Shown here: in pieces, positions 23,371-35,467 of the stretch
Layout: each line of letters begins with the position of its first letter
Position numbering within the stretch: the stretch's first letter is position 1
Origin: Tetramitus jugosus
Lineage: Eukaryota; Protista; Heterolobosea
Assembly: GCA_937625935.1 (NCBI GenBank)
Contig: OW569375.1
Span: 401,874-465,873 of the forward strand
Direction of reading: 5' to 3'
DNA length: 64,000 nucleotides
Translations under genes and position numbers: made by a program
Notes under the pieces: generated by a model
The model's database searches: none
Told to the model about the DNA's origin: nothing
The model's input: the letters and a program-made list of their open reading frames with translations, nothing else

Positions 23371-24705
23371 TTATCCTGACCCGAAGGTTTTTTGATCGAA
23401 ACTGAAGGCAGCAATTAAATCATGGGGAACCTGGTGACCCATATTGTAGGTATCCTTTGTTGATAAGTCTGCACACCAACGATACTTGAAGTACGAAACT
23501 AATTGTTGGCCCTCTGAAAATACCTCGAGTGGCAGCCTGCACTTCAAATAGGTGTTGTGTGACTTGTTCTGTTCGAACAACTCATCACTCGATTGACTCA
23601 CAGGTGATATCCTTCCATGAGAACTCACCCAAGCCTCATAACCAATGAGCAGATCTTTTTTCGAGTCACATGTCTCTTCTTTGATTAGTGCATGAATCTC
23701 CCTCACGAGATCAAACAACCAGAGCATACTCTCCTCTGCGAATCCATCACGCCATATTTCATTGTCCGTGTCGACAACATTTGCAGCCAAATGAAGTAAG
23801 TCCAGTTGGGAGTAACTGGCTTCGAACTCTGCTTGCCATAATTTGAAATCTTCAAACACCCACTTATGACCCTGAAAGCAATGGATCACTTCATGAAACA
23901 GAGTGATCACTCGGAACTCATAGTCTCTGAACAGTCGTCGCGAACCTACCTTGTGAGATGTCCTCACCTCTTTCCAATACTTCCAATGTTCGTCAGTGAA
24001 CAAATTGGCATCGGGAAACAGGACTACTCCACTAGAGCTTGCTGAGTAGTTCCACTGATGTTCTGCTGTAAACTCTAAATTCTCATCATCTGGTTCTATG
24101 TGGAGCTTTTCACCATGTACCACCTTCTTTGTGTCGAGTACATACCCTGTTTGTTCTTGCACAAACGACAATACCTTTATGGCGGAATTAAGGACCTCCA
24201 CATTCAATCTCTCATAATCGAACACATTCGTGTGCTGCAGTTTTGCTTCAATTATTTCAATGAGCCACAATCGATCTTCTTCGTCCAAGCATTCACCGCC
24301 ATTGGTTATCGTACTCGCATCACCACCATACTCTTTTGTCTCCATAGAAATGCTATGCCGGATGAATACAACGACACCCTTTTCCTTCTCCTTGTTGCCG
24401 CTTGCTAACTCCGCAGATTTTCTCCCTTCCAACAACAATGATACCTCATTCCATTCCAGTATGAGATCAAAGAGCAAAAGATCCTTCTGAAGGGCATGAC
24501 TGGCCTTCTTGAGAAACCTGACAAAGAATGCATGGTGACGTCGACCAAGTGACGACACAGGCTTGTCCTCAAACAAGGTGTGATCGTTCAAGTGATCCAG
24601 AAGTGAAAGAAGTCTAGAAGCAGCTCTGGCACTCAACTCTTGATGAATTACATTGCTCCAATGTTTTCTCCTGTCCACCACCAGACCATGGTCATTGTTC
24701 ATCAT
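23371..24705 (-). CDS. Putative zincin-type (HExxH) metallopeptidase-like protein
   Basis: ITLFHEVIHCFQ followed ~15 aa later by EFEASY (possible third ligand); no signal peptide. Confidence 0.6.
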   Translation of the reverse strand: MMNNDHGLVVDRRKHWSNVIHQELSARAASRLLSLLDHLNDHTLFEDKPVSSLGRRHHAFFVRFLKKASHALQKDLLLFDLILEWNEVSLLLEGRKSAELASGNKEKEKGVVVFIRHSISMETKEYGGDASTITNGGECLDEEDRLWLIEIIEAKLQHTNVFDYERLNVEVLNSAIKVLSFVQEQTGYVLDTKKVVHGEKLHIEPDDENLEFTAEHQWNYSASSSGVVLFPDANLFTDEHWKYWKEVRTSHKVGSRRLFRDYEFRVITLFHEVIHCFQGHKWVFEDFKLWQAEFEASYSQLDLLHLAANVVDTDNEIWRDGFAEESMLWLFDLVREIHALIKEETCDSKKDLLIGYEAWVSSHGRISPVSQSSDELFEQNKSHNTYLKCRLPLEVFSEGQQLVSYFKYRWCADLSTKDTYNMGHQVPHDLIAAFSFDQKTFGSG

Positions 24706-25355
24706 GATCAGCAGAAACAGCTTTTACGCAGAAAGAAAAGCAGAATGAAATGTTCTGATGGATCCTCCAAAAATACCTTTCCTCCAAAGATGAATGTGAT
24801 GGTTCAACCCAACCAGAACAAGATTGCTTGAACAACATTCTGCTCAAGCAAGAAGAACAACATTCTGTGAGATTTCGAGGTGCGTGCGGCAAATTATGAG
24901 GAAATTTTAGCACAGACCGGAGCGCCACTCTTAGACTTTGCGATTTTGCCTGCCACTACCCATACGAGAAAAAAAACACAAACACCAAAAAAACCTTCAT
25001 ATCATTATCACGATACAAAACGATACACACACACATAGAGAGAACATAAAAACACTCAACCCTTCCAACAACAAACTACCAACCCCTCTTTGATTGATCA
25101 AAAAAAAACATACACTTTTTTTTCCCGCCCAAAATCAATCAAATTTTTTTTACACCCTCTAGAGCTTTTCTTCTCAACAACTCACCACTACCACACTTTT
25201 AGAGAGAGAACAATACAAAATATTTGTTCAAACAAGTATTATCATTAACGAACACAGAGACACACACGACACTTGCACTCAACAGTTTCATATATAAACT
25301 ACGCACGTACACAAAGATCAACAACAACAACAACAACAACAAGAAACTAGAAAAA

Positions 25356-26221
25356 ATGTCCACCACAACAGCTGAAACTAACAACAACGAGAACACTATC
25401 GCCACTACTGCTACTGAGGCACAAGAAGTTCAAGACTCTCCACGTTCAACTAAATCAGTTATTCAACATCCATTGGAGCACACATGGGCACTGTGGTTCC
25501 ACAATCCTTCACAAAAGACAAATGCTGCCAATTTTTTCATGAATTTGAATCAAGTGTATGCTGTTTCAACCATTGAACAATTCTGGGGTTTGTATAACCA
25601 TGTGATGACTCCAAGTAAGCTTGGTATGGGTTGTACCTACTATTTGGTATGTGTCAATGCTAGATTGTGATTATGTTGCTTTTTTTCTGCTGTTTGAATG
25701 CTTTTTTTTGCAACTCCAATTTTGTTCAATACTAACACACACATTCACTCGCATCCATTCTTATTCTATTTTCTCCATGATACTACTACTATACTCAGTT
25801 CAGACAAGGTGTTCAACCAAAGTGGGAAGATGAAAACTGTGTTGGTGGAGGTGAATGGTTGCTTCCATTGGACACAAAGGGCATCAAACCAGATCAAGCC
25901 AAACAATTGATGGATCAATATTGGTTGAATGCTATGCTTGCATGCATTTCTGGTGATGCATTTGGTGAGTATGAAGAGTACATTTGTGGTGTTGCAGCCA
26001 TGATTAGAAAACAACCAAGGATAAGTCTGTGGATCCGTAAGACACCTGATGACAAGACTATTTTGGCCATTGGCGAAATATTTAGAAATGTGGTTCTCTT
26101 GTTGGATGCTGACTTGAGTGACGAAGAAAAGAGACAAGCTTCCATGTTCAAGGTTCAATTCAAATCATTTGCTGATCAAATGAAATTCATCAGAGATCCA
26201 AGATTCCAAATTCCAAAGTAA
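25356..26221 (+). CDS. eIF4E: Eukaryotic translation initiation factor 4E, 2 exons
   Basis: HPLEHTWALWF, STIEQFWGLYN; intron 25647-25798, then FRQGVQPKWED..GGEW, ICGV, RISLWI. Confidence 0.95.
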
Positions 26222-26904
26222 GATCAACAAGCCCTTGATTTTACTGTTGTCAAGTGTGTGGGTAATGCGTGATTTTTCACAGTCATGAGCACTTGATAAT
26301 GATGATCACTTAATGGTGTGATGAATGTAGTCGTCATCAAATAGAGTCGTAGGAGGTGGTGATGGTGGTGTGATGGTGGTGATGATGAGTATGGTGTGAA
26401 ATGCGTGTGTGTTTGTGCGGTGTTGTTGATCCGTCCATGGAGTACATGATTATCTCACACAGTTGGCATGTCTGTTGCAATTATTGAACCTAAAATGCAA
26501 GACTCTCCTCTGTGTGTATAGTCATCATTATCGTCATGATGTGATCTTGCCTCTATTTGTTAACCAATGCCCACTCACTCAGTCACGCATCCATCCACTC
26601 CTCTCACATTATCACACTTGCTGCTTTGGGTGAGAAACAGTGATGACCTATTCTATTTTCACTGTTTCTACCTCAGAATCACTTCCATTACTTGATCAGT
26701 ACTGGACCATTCATTACCCACACCGTTTCGCAAGAAGCTTTTTACTCATTCCCAACAATCATTATTAGAAATACAACAACAACGAAAACATCAAAGAAAA
26801 AAACATCAATAAAACCGAACCAAAACCACAACATTCAAAGTGCATCCTTCACTTTTCTCCAACCAACAAAAAACACCGCAACAGCAAATACCAAGTGAAC
26901 TACA

Positions 26905-28077
26905 ATGGGAGAAGAACAAGATCAAGAAGTGAACGTCTCCTCTCCATTGCCAACCACCACCACAACTTCATCATCTACCGATGTTGATCATCAATCAAAC
27001 AATACCAATGACAATAACAACAATCCAACAACCACAATAATCACAACAACAAATGAAGGCGAACAAGATGAAAAAAGATACTCCAAATACCTTCAAAACT
27101 TTTTCCCATACCTCACATCAAAGATCCAATACGACTCTGAAGATGCACTCTCCTATCTCACACCATGGAAGGACGCCATAGAAGTAGCAGACGAAATCAA
27201 CAAAATTTGTCGCATGCACACTGGTCAATACCCCAATCATATCATTGATGGCACGGGTGGACTCGGTGGAAACACTCTTGGCTTTCTCAACTATTTTTGG
27301 AATCATCGATTAAGTGGAAAACGTGTGACAATGATTGAGATGAACAAGCAGAGGTATCCCATGTCACTCAACAATGTGAAACTGTTTATTGATGATCATA
27401 GAGCAAACCAAGAACAACACAGTAGAAGTGGTAGAAGTAGTGGTAGTTATGATGATGCAGTATCATTTCAGTCATTTAATGAAAATTTTGTGTCGTGGTG
27501 GAGACGAGAAGGCTCTAGAAAGTACAACAATTTTGCAACGTTGGTGTTCATGGATCCTCCATGGGGAGGACAAGATTACAAGCAACATGAAACGATTCAT
27601 GACTTGTATTTGGATGATGAACAATCAACAACAGTCAATGATGATGATGATGATGATGATAAGGTCAATAAGAATGCAAGTGAAAATGATGAAGGTGAAA
27701 AAAAGACGAAACAAATTTCAATCAAGGACTTGGTCATGGAGATTTTGTCGAGTGGTGTCATGGGTGTTGTTCTCAAGGTGCCTCACAATTACAGAGATCG
27801 TACTCTAACGGAACATGACTCTCGCATGAGATTGAGGTGCTATGTCATGAAAAAGGTCAAGTACATCATTATGTTTGCACCTGGTAGTGGTGGGAGTGGT
27901 GGTGGCAGTCGCAGTAACAAGCCAGCTCCCTCTGTTGGTGATAGAAGTCGGTCAACAGCGAGAGATCAAGGAAGGTATGAATCGAGTAGAGATGGTGGTA
28001 GCTATGGAGGTCGATCCGATAGATCTTCTTCGTCGTACAGAGAAAGTCGTCATCATCCATACACTCGCCGAAATTAA
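26905..28077 (+). CDS. RNA cap guanine-N2 methyltransferase (TGS family), DPPWGG type
   Basis: SYLTPW, IIDGTGGLGGNTLGF (SAM motif I), IEMN, VFMDPPWGGQDY, LKVPHNY; RS/RG-rich tail ending RHHPY. Confidence 0.85.
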   Translation: MGEEQDQEVNVSSPLPTTTTTSSSTDVDHQSNNTNDNNNNPTTTIITTTNEGEQDEKRYSKYLQNFFPYLTSKIQYDSEDALSYLTPWKDAIEVADEINKICRMHTGQYPNHIIDGTGGLGGNTLGFLNYFWNHRLSGKRVTMIEMNKQRYPMSLNNVKLFIDDHRANQEQHSRSGRSSGSYDDAVSFQSFNENFVSWWRREGSRKYNNFATLVFMDPPWGGQDYKQHETIHDLYLDDEQSTTVNDDDDDDDKVNKNASENDEGEKKTKQISIKDLVMEILSSGVMGVVLKVPHNYRDRTLTEHDSRMRLRCYVMKKVKYIIMFAPGSGGSGGGSRSNKPAPSVGDRSRSTARDQGRYESSRDGGSYGGRSDRSSSSYRESRHHPYTRRN

Positions 28078-28435
28078 AACATGTTCTTAAACGAAATGGT
28101 GGTACTTCACTTTGCCACCTCACTCACTGTAAATTCCTCGTCGTCACGCCCACTCATTCGACTGGTTTACAATGAACTATACCTTCAGGTTACTCAAAGG
28201 ACTTCAGCCTGGACCTGTCTAAGCCAGTCCAGCATGAATCATTCAGACATTAGCACGTCAGAGACCGGGCTGAAAATCGATGGCGGAGAAATTGATTACC
28301 TCGCCTTGGAAGGCAGCGAAGATTCTACGCGGGCACATCATCCAACAGAAAAGCTTTTCTCTCACAACATCCCAAACAACCACAAACAAATATTCATATC
28401 ACCCACCATAGTATCATTCTTATTTTTTTGTGACC

Positions 28436-29313
28436 ATGGCCACCCAACAACAACAACAAGCTAAACCAACTGCTGAATACCTGTACAAAATCCTTGTCGT
28501 TGGTGATATAGGTACTGGAAAAACGAGTATCATCAAACGTTATGTTCACAACATTTTCTCTGGTAGTTACAAATCCACTGTATGTCATCAAACTTGTGTT
28601 TTTTCAACATTTTCAAATTTGTAAGCTTTTGAGTGTCTACTGACAAAAATTAAAAATATGATGATTTATTGACCTATCCATTTCTATACAGATTGGTGTT
28701 GATTTTGCACTCAAAGTTCTTCAATGGGACAATCAAACTGTGATTCGATTGCAATTGTGGGATATTGCTGTATGTATTCATCATTTCTCATCATCTCTCA
28801 TCTCTCATCGTTCACACTGTTTTCTCATGTTCGCTCTTGATGACTCACACACATACACAAACAACACAATAACAGGGACAAGAGAGATTCGGTAACATGA
28901 CAAGAGTGTATTATAAGGAAGCTGTGGGTGCGTTGGTAGTGTTTGACATTACTCGTCCACCAACATTTGACGCTGTTTTGAAATGGAAGAGCGATATTGA
29001 ACACAAGGTATTCCTGCCTGATGAGAGACCTATTCCTTGTGTCCTATTGGCCAACAAGTGTGACTTGGCCAATGCAATCAACAAGTCTCAAGAAGAGATG
29101 AACAGTTATTGTGCAGAGAGTGGATTTGCTGGTTGGTTCGAAACGAGTGCCAAAGATTGCAAGAACATTGAAGAAGCAGTCAAATTTTTAGTGGAGAAGA
29201 TTTTGGAGAATCATGTGGAGATGAATCAAGCAAACAATAGTGATGCTTTGAATTTGAATGATGTGCAACAAAATTCATCTGCTGAGAAGCCAAAGGGTGG
29301 ATGCTGTGGTTAA
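28436..29313 (+). CDS. RAB32: Rab32/38/29-family GTPase, 3 exons
   Basis: Exons 28436-28579, 28692-28769 and 28876-29313; GDIGTGKT, IGVDFALK, diagnostic WDIAGQERFGNMTRVYY, NKCD, ETSAK, CC prenylation end. Confidence 0.93.
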
Positions 29314-29533
29314 GTATGACCATCATCAATTATCATCAACCTCTCCACTCTCATTTGTGTTATGATCCCAACGATGATAACAACAATAATCATCATATAA
29401 TTATTTTGTGCAATAAAACAAAGCAACTAATTTTGTAGCTGTGATTGTTACTGTATGTGCACAGGCAGAGACTTGGAGAAGAATGGTGCTTTTCCGTATT
29501 GTTTACATGCTTTGATTTTTACTTGTGGATAAT

Positions 29534-30826
29534 TTACTTGGTCACTCTGTACTTCTTGACTTGGTCCAAAAGCTTGCGTGCTTCAGCATTGTTCTTGAAG
29601 TGATCTCTGACTGGTTGCAAGATACCGTTCAGTGCCTTGGCAAGAGATGGCTTGACATCACCTGGATGCAATGCACCACTCTTAAAGTCCTCTTCGAATG
29701 TTTCATATTCTTCGTACAACTTGTTTCCACCATTCTTCTCTGATCGCTCGACTTCAAACTTGCCGTTTCTTGGGAAGATAATGTACTTGACGTATTCAAC
29801 AACAGGGTTTCCATCAATCACCTTCTCTGGACAGAATGCACTCTTAATCTTGGAGTTGACTTCAGTTTCACTGTCTTCCATGAAAATGGCAGATCTTGGA
29901 TCAGACTTGGACATCTTCTCACCAGTCAAACCGAGAAGCATGTGATGAGAGAGAATCACAGGCTTAAACTTGCGCTTTGGCTCAGACTTGTCGCAGTATT
30001 CTCTAGCGAGAACGTTAACCTTTCTCTGATCCATACCCAATTGGCAAATATCGGCCTTCAAGAAGAAGATATCAGCACATTGCATACATGGATAAAAGAT
30101 TTGAGCAGCACTGAGGTCATCCTTCTCTGATCTGCCCATAATTTGAGAACATCTCAAAATTCTGGCCAAATTGTTCTTTCTGGCAATGTCCAGAACAAGC
30201 ATCCAGTACTCATTTGGCTTCTCATTGATAATTTGACTGCTCCAGACAAATTCAACATTGTCAAGGTTCATTCCAGCACTCTTCCACACTTCAATCATGT
30301 ATTTTCCAACAGTTTGAATCTTCTTCAAGTCTCCACCCATCTTGTTGTTCATCAGAGCGAACCAATCAGCAACCAAAAAGATGAATTTGCAACCAGAATC
30401 AGTCAACTTGTTGACATTGATTGCCTTCATGATACCTTGAGCAATGTGAACTCTGCCTGATGGCTCAAATCCATCATAGCAAACGGGTTGTGGCTTCTTG
30501 CTGACCAATAGTCTCAATTCTTCTTCTTGGATGCACTCTTCACCGACAGACAACATTTGCTTGACTCTTGCTTCATCAGCTTCACTCAATTCAATAGCAC
30601 TGTGTTGATTTTTTGTTGTGTGTGTGAGAAACTGACAAAATATTCATTCATGCAAAAGCTAAGCACAAAAAAAAAATATCTCAATGAAAATAATTTACCT
30701 CTTTTCAAGCTTTTTGGCACCTTCTTCATCGTTGGCGATTGGTTGTTCTTGAACAATTTGTTCAGCAACAGTTGTTGCTTGTGGTTGTTGTTCCTCTTGT
30801 TGTGTTGGTTGTTGCGTGTCAGACAT
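29534..30826 (-). CDS. YARS: Cytosolic tyrosyl-tRNA synthetase (short form, no EMAP-II domain), 2 exons
   Basis: YDGFEPSGRVHIAQG, YPCMQCADIF, GMDQRKVN, KMSKS; exon 30826-30699 splices in frame to 30599 (GTAAAT...ACACAG). Confidence 0.95.
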
Positions 30827-30963
30827 GTTTGTTTTCGCTTTTTTTGTTGTTGGGTTGTTGAGAGAGCTGGAAGATTTCCTGTGAATCGGGGAATATGCAG
30901 GTGCACTTTACAAAATGAATAGTCGTAGATCTTTTATGCAGTGGTTGGATGTCACGCATAGAC

Positions 30964-33900
30964 TTATAGCTTTCCAAACTTGAACTTGTTGTAGATGAAG
31001 GAGGACAGTTTGCCTGCCGGCTTTTGAAGTACTTGGTTGGAGAATGGTGCCCATATCTCCAGTCCATTCATTTGACTGGCTGCGGCAAAGAGTACCCATG
31101 ATATCTCTTGCATGAGCAGCAAATTTCTTTGACAGTGCTCCTTTTCGGTGTGGGATTTTTGGATGGCGATCCATTCATTGTCACTGGCATAGGGCGGAGT
31201 GAGCAGATTGTAGTTGCATGAATCGGTGTTTGGTCTCATCTGAGCAAATTCCAATCTTGCATTCTCATCAAACAGATCGACACCCAATGTTTGATTGGAG
31301 AGTCTCCTTGCAACAGAGAATCCTCTCGATTTGTTCATCTTTTGTTTCATGTACAAATTAAGGAAGAACTTGTCGTCAGTCTTCTCAAAGTGTCCCACGT
31401 CGATAACGAACAGATCTCTCAGATGATATCGCTTTGAGTGCTTCTTGTCATGATCCTTCTTTGTGTAATCGTACTTGACAGTGTAGTAGGACTTATCGGT
31501 CAGCAGCAAGAATCTCTCCTGCTTCAGTCCGTCCTTGTTGATCTTGATAACCTTGTACGCCTTGATAAACTTCTCCTCAAACAATAAAACTTGCTGTTTC
31601 ATCTTTGCGATCGCTCCTTCATCTGACGCGGGCAACTTGTTGTACGGTTCATTATTGACCAAATTAATCACGGCTTGTAGTTGTAATGGCCCATTGACTG
31701 CCTCTCGTGCTAATTTTTCGAGCACTTCGATTGGGTTTTGGAGAGCATTTGATAGAACATCTGGCCGAGGAACACTGATCATGCTCTCGGTATCCTTTGG
31801 ATTCAACGTTGAAGTACGTTTGAATTTCTTAATGTTACTCATGAACAAATTGTTCAACTGGGCAACAAAGTCTTTGACTGGAATACTGTTCATTTCATCA
31901 AATCCCACATTGTAGTACAGTGTTCCATCGTTTAATGCGTGGACACTTGACTTTTCCTTGGATGGTTCATATAGTACAGATGATATTTCCGCGAATTGTA
32001 CTACAATACGCCTCACAGCTTGCAACAAAGCTTGACTGTGGTGAGTAGACTGATCGCAATACGTACCAATGCTCGTTCTCAGATTGTCCCACATGTTTCG
32101 CTTGAGAAGATGGAGCGCTGATCGTTTTTGATCATCAGTTTTCAGATTGTCAAAAAACGTCCAGTCAACTTCAATTGCCAGAGAGTCAAAGGCAGTTGTA
32201 TTCGAAGCTTGAATCGAACTTCTTTTGATCATGGATTCATACTGACGCACATATGTTGATTCAATGTCTTTCTTCTTCTGTTCATAGTCAATGTTTGATC
32301 TCTTTACGAGCTCGAAGGCCTTTCGCTGTAGGGATCTAACATCAATTTGCTTAAAGTGATTAAGAGCCATTTGAGCGAACAAGGACAACAATTGATCATC
32401 ACTCTCGACAAGATTTTGGATCTTCTCGTAAGCACCGTTTTGTACCAGTATCTCTCTACAGTCTGATGATAATGCAGTATTGCATAGCACGTTGCATACA
32501 GTCTCCTGAATGGTAGAGTTTTCGCAATCGAGTAGAACAACTAAGATCTCACATTGTGCAATCTGTTTCCTATTTGCGTCAATGCTGCTCAAGTGTAGAA
32601 GAGATGCAACAACGTTTTCAACCAGAGAGGAGGATAAGGAGTGACAGTACGGTATCAGAGCCTCTACAGCACGCAGTTTTGTGGCATATATCGAGTTTTG
32701 TTCCAGTTCTACCAAGCTCTTCACGCAACTATTGAGGAGTAGTTGAATCTTGTGTGTTCGACTGCTGGTGGATTCACAGTTGATCGATTTACTTGGGGAT
32801 CCGTGATTAGTGTTCGCAAATTTGTGCAGCAAACGAATCAACATCTGCAAGCCACCCAGTTCGGCCACAGTTATCTGAGTCATTCGATTCTTATCGGACA
32901 TTTTGCTAATAATTGTAATCACATCCACAAAATAGTCACTGGTGTCGTGTGCAAGCATTGGCACTACTAACTCCATACCACCCAAGCGCACAAATTGGTC
33001 ACGCACTTGACTACTCTTTGCCAGTCGACCAATCATGAACAAACTAATCTCTTTGAAAACACTTGATTTCAAAAGCTCGATTAATAGTGGGAGAAGGCCA
33101 AGATGTGCCACTTGATCACCAGATACTTTCTCCTTTGCTACATGATTCTTTAGTGCTTCAAGCAACACAAACAATATTTTTTGGTTTGATTCAACTCTAT
33201 AGTCCAGTTGTAACATCCAATCAACTGAACGATGTATTGGTATGCTTTTGTCGAGCAATTGAATGCAATTATTGATTAAAGTTTCATTCTCCAGGTTCAT
33301 ATGTCTCAATATTAAGAATCCTGCAGTTTGCAATGTGCTATTATTTGATTCACCTAACAAAAGAGACATTGTATTCGCCATGTCCCTTTGGATAATGTCA
33401 GAAATGCCTGACAGATTCTCTCTGTTAGAAATAATATTGCCCAGTAGTTTGGCTAAATTTAGACGTGTGGATTCCTCTACTGTACTCGATTTTAAGAATG
33501 AGAGGCATTTAACATAGAAACTATCCTTGCCATTGAATTTATCAATGACCGTAATGATTGTTCTTGGTTCATACTCTGCAATCTCAGCCAAAAACAATGA
33601 GAGCTCGGATGCATAGGTCAAGTTGGATGACATGAATTGGTTCATAATTAATTTTGCTCCGTTCATTGGCTTACCTTGAACGAGAACATAGAAATTGTCT
33701 TCCTCCACTGGCTTATCGACCTTTAATTGCGCAATTAGATAGTCTCGTGCAATCTTTGTGGAACATAGCTTTGATAGAATATTGACGATAATATTGAAGC
33801 AAGAGTCAACATTGTGTGGCACTGTTGAGCTTTGCTTACGTTCAGTTGCCTGCAAAAAACATAAAATTGACAACAACAATTCAATGACGTTCATGCCCTC

Positions 33901-35148
33901 CAAATGAGTAATCTCTTCCACTCTATTCTGCTTTGCGCATACTAGCTTGATCACGAGCAAGAGTTTCTCTAGCATCGTAACAAACTCTGGTTCATGAATA
34001 GGCATTGTTTTCACTGACAAGCTGGCATTGTAATCTTTGCGCGATGGTTTAAGAAGTTCTATCAATGTGTTGATCAGTGGTTTCAATGGACACTTTTGAC
34101 CAATGGTCTCACAATTGTTACTATTGCCCGTGCTGAGTACACACAGCGCACAAATGCTCGATTGGATCACAAATTTATCGCGACTCGTCTCAATTACGGA
34201 CATGACAGCATTCACGCCATTGAGCTCAGGTATCAGAGTCTTATTGGCATCTATTCGCAAAAAAAGGTTTCAAAGAGTGTAAATATCATGAACTTTGCGA
34301 TTGTTTCAAAGATTACAATGATCAAACATACCGTTCAATGAGATCGCTTCCAGTAGACTAGCTGCTACTTTTTGAATTTTTGAGTTTTCAGACTTGATAT
34401 TGTCCAATATGAGTCTAATACCTCTGAGTTCTCTCACTTGCACTCGAATATCATCTGTTTTGAAAATAATTGAAATGGAATTATTGTTATTGTTGTTGTT
34501 GTTGTTAGTTTGTATATTACAGAACATCGACAAACAGTAAACAAACACAAGCAACATTGATCAAACACAAAGCAAACTATTGTTCTTACCATTGACTTTA
34601 GCACACACGGTCAACAATTTCATTCCAAGAATTTTCATTCGTGCATCATTGTTTGATTTCTGAGACATGAGACAACTGGCCAGGATCAACTTAATGAATT
34701 CTTTGCCATATTTCGTAGACCAGTGCATCGCATTGTTGCTCTGATTCTGATGATGATTGTTGTTGAGCAATAGCTCATGAATGGCGCACAACCAACACAT
34801 CAAATTCTCATAATTCTGTTTTCTATAGTACATTTGAATCAACAGATACAATTGATCATGGATGGCATTGTAAATCTTGGTCTTTTCAGCTGGACTCGAC
34901 ACTTGACACAATTGTTCACCTATTCTTTGATCTTGTGATACTTTGTTGTTTGATTTTTTCTTCATGGTTGATGTAGAGTTATTGTTGTTGTTGGATGACA
35001 AAATGTTTCTCAGCGATTGACTCAACTGTTCCAATTCACTCTGACTCAATTCACTTTTCCATGTTGGTTTCTTGTTATTGTTTTTGTTTTTGTTTTGACT
35101 ATCGGGCTCTCCGTCATTGTCTATATAGGCATAATAGTTGCTGCTCAT
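30964..35148 (-). CDS. Armadillo-repeat protein with C-terminal hSac2-like PH domain, 3 exons
   Basis: Exons ~35148-34590, 34454-34332 and 34250-30964; ARM repeats (ELNGVNAVM, RLGGMELVVPML, ELGGLQMLIRLL); KINKDGLKQERFLLLTDKSYYTVKYD resembles hSac2. Confidence 0.75.
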
Positions 35149-35467
35149 GGTGATATTGAGTGATGATGATCTGAGATGTTATTGTGTTGTTGTTTCACGA
35201 CTAGTACGACCGATCGCCAAAGAGAAGAGTTCTTGTTGTTCTCGTTTTTTTGAGCAAAAAAGAGAGTTTAGGTGTTGTGCGAGAAAGTACCTGAGTGTGT
35301 GTGGTGTGTGGTGCTGTGAACCAACTGTTGTTGTTGTCAAAGACTTGTGTTTGGTGTGTTTTGTGGCTTGCACCTGTGAGGTTTTTTGTTTGGGTGTTTT
35401 CGGGCAGGATTGCCCAAATGCCGATACATGACACTTGATGGATTGGTGATTGGCCGATGTTGACAAT

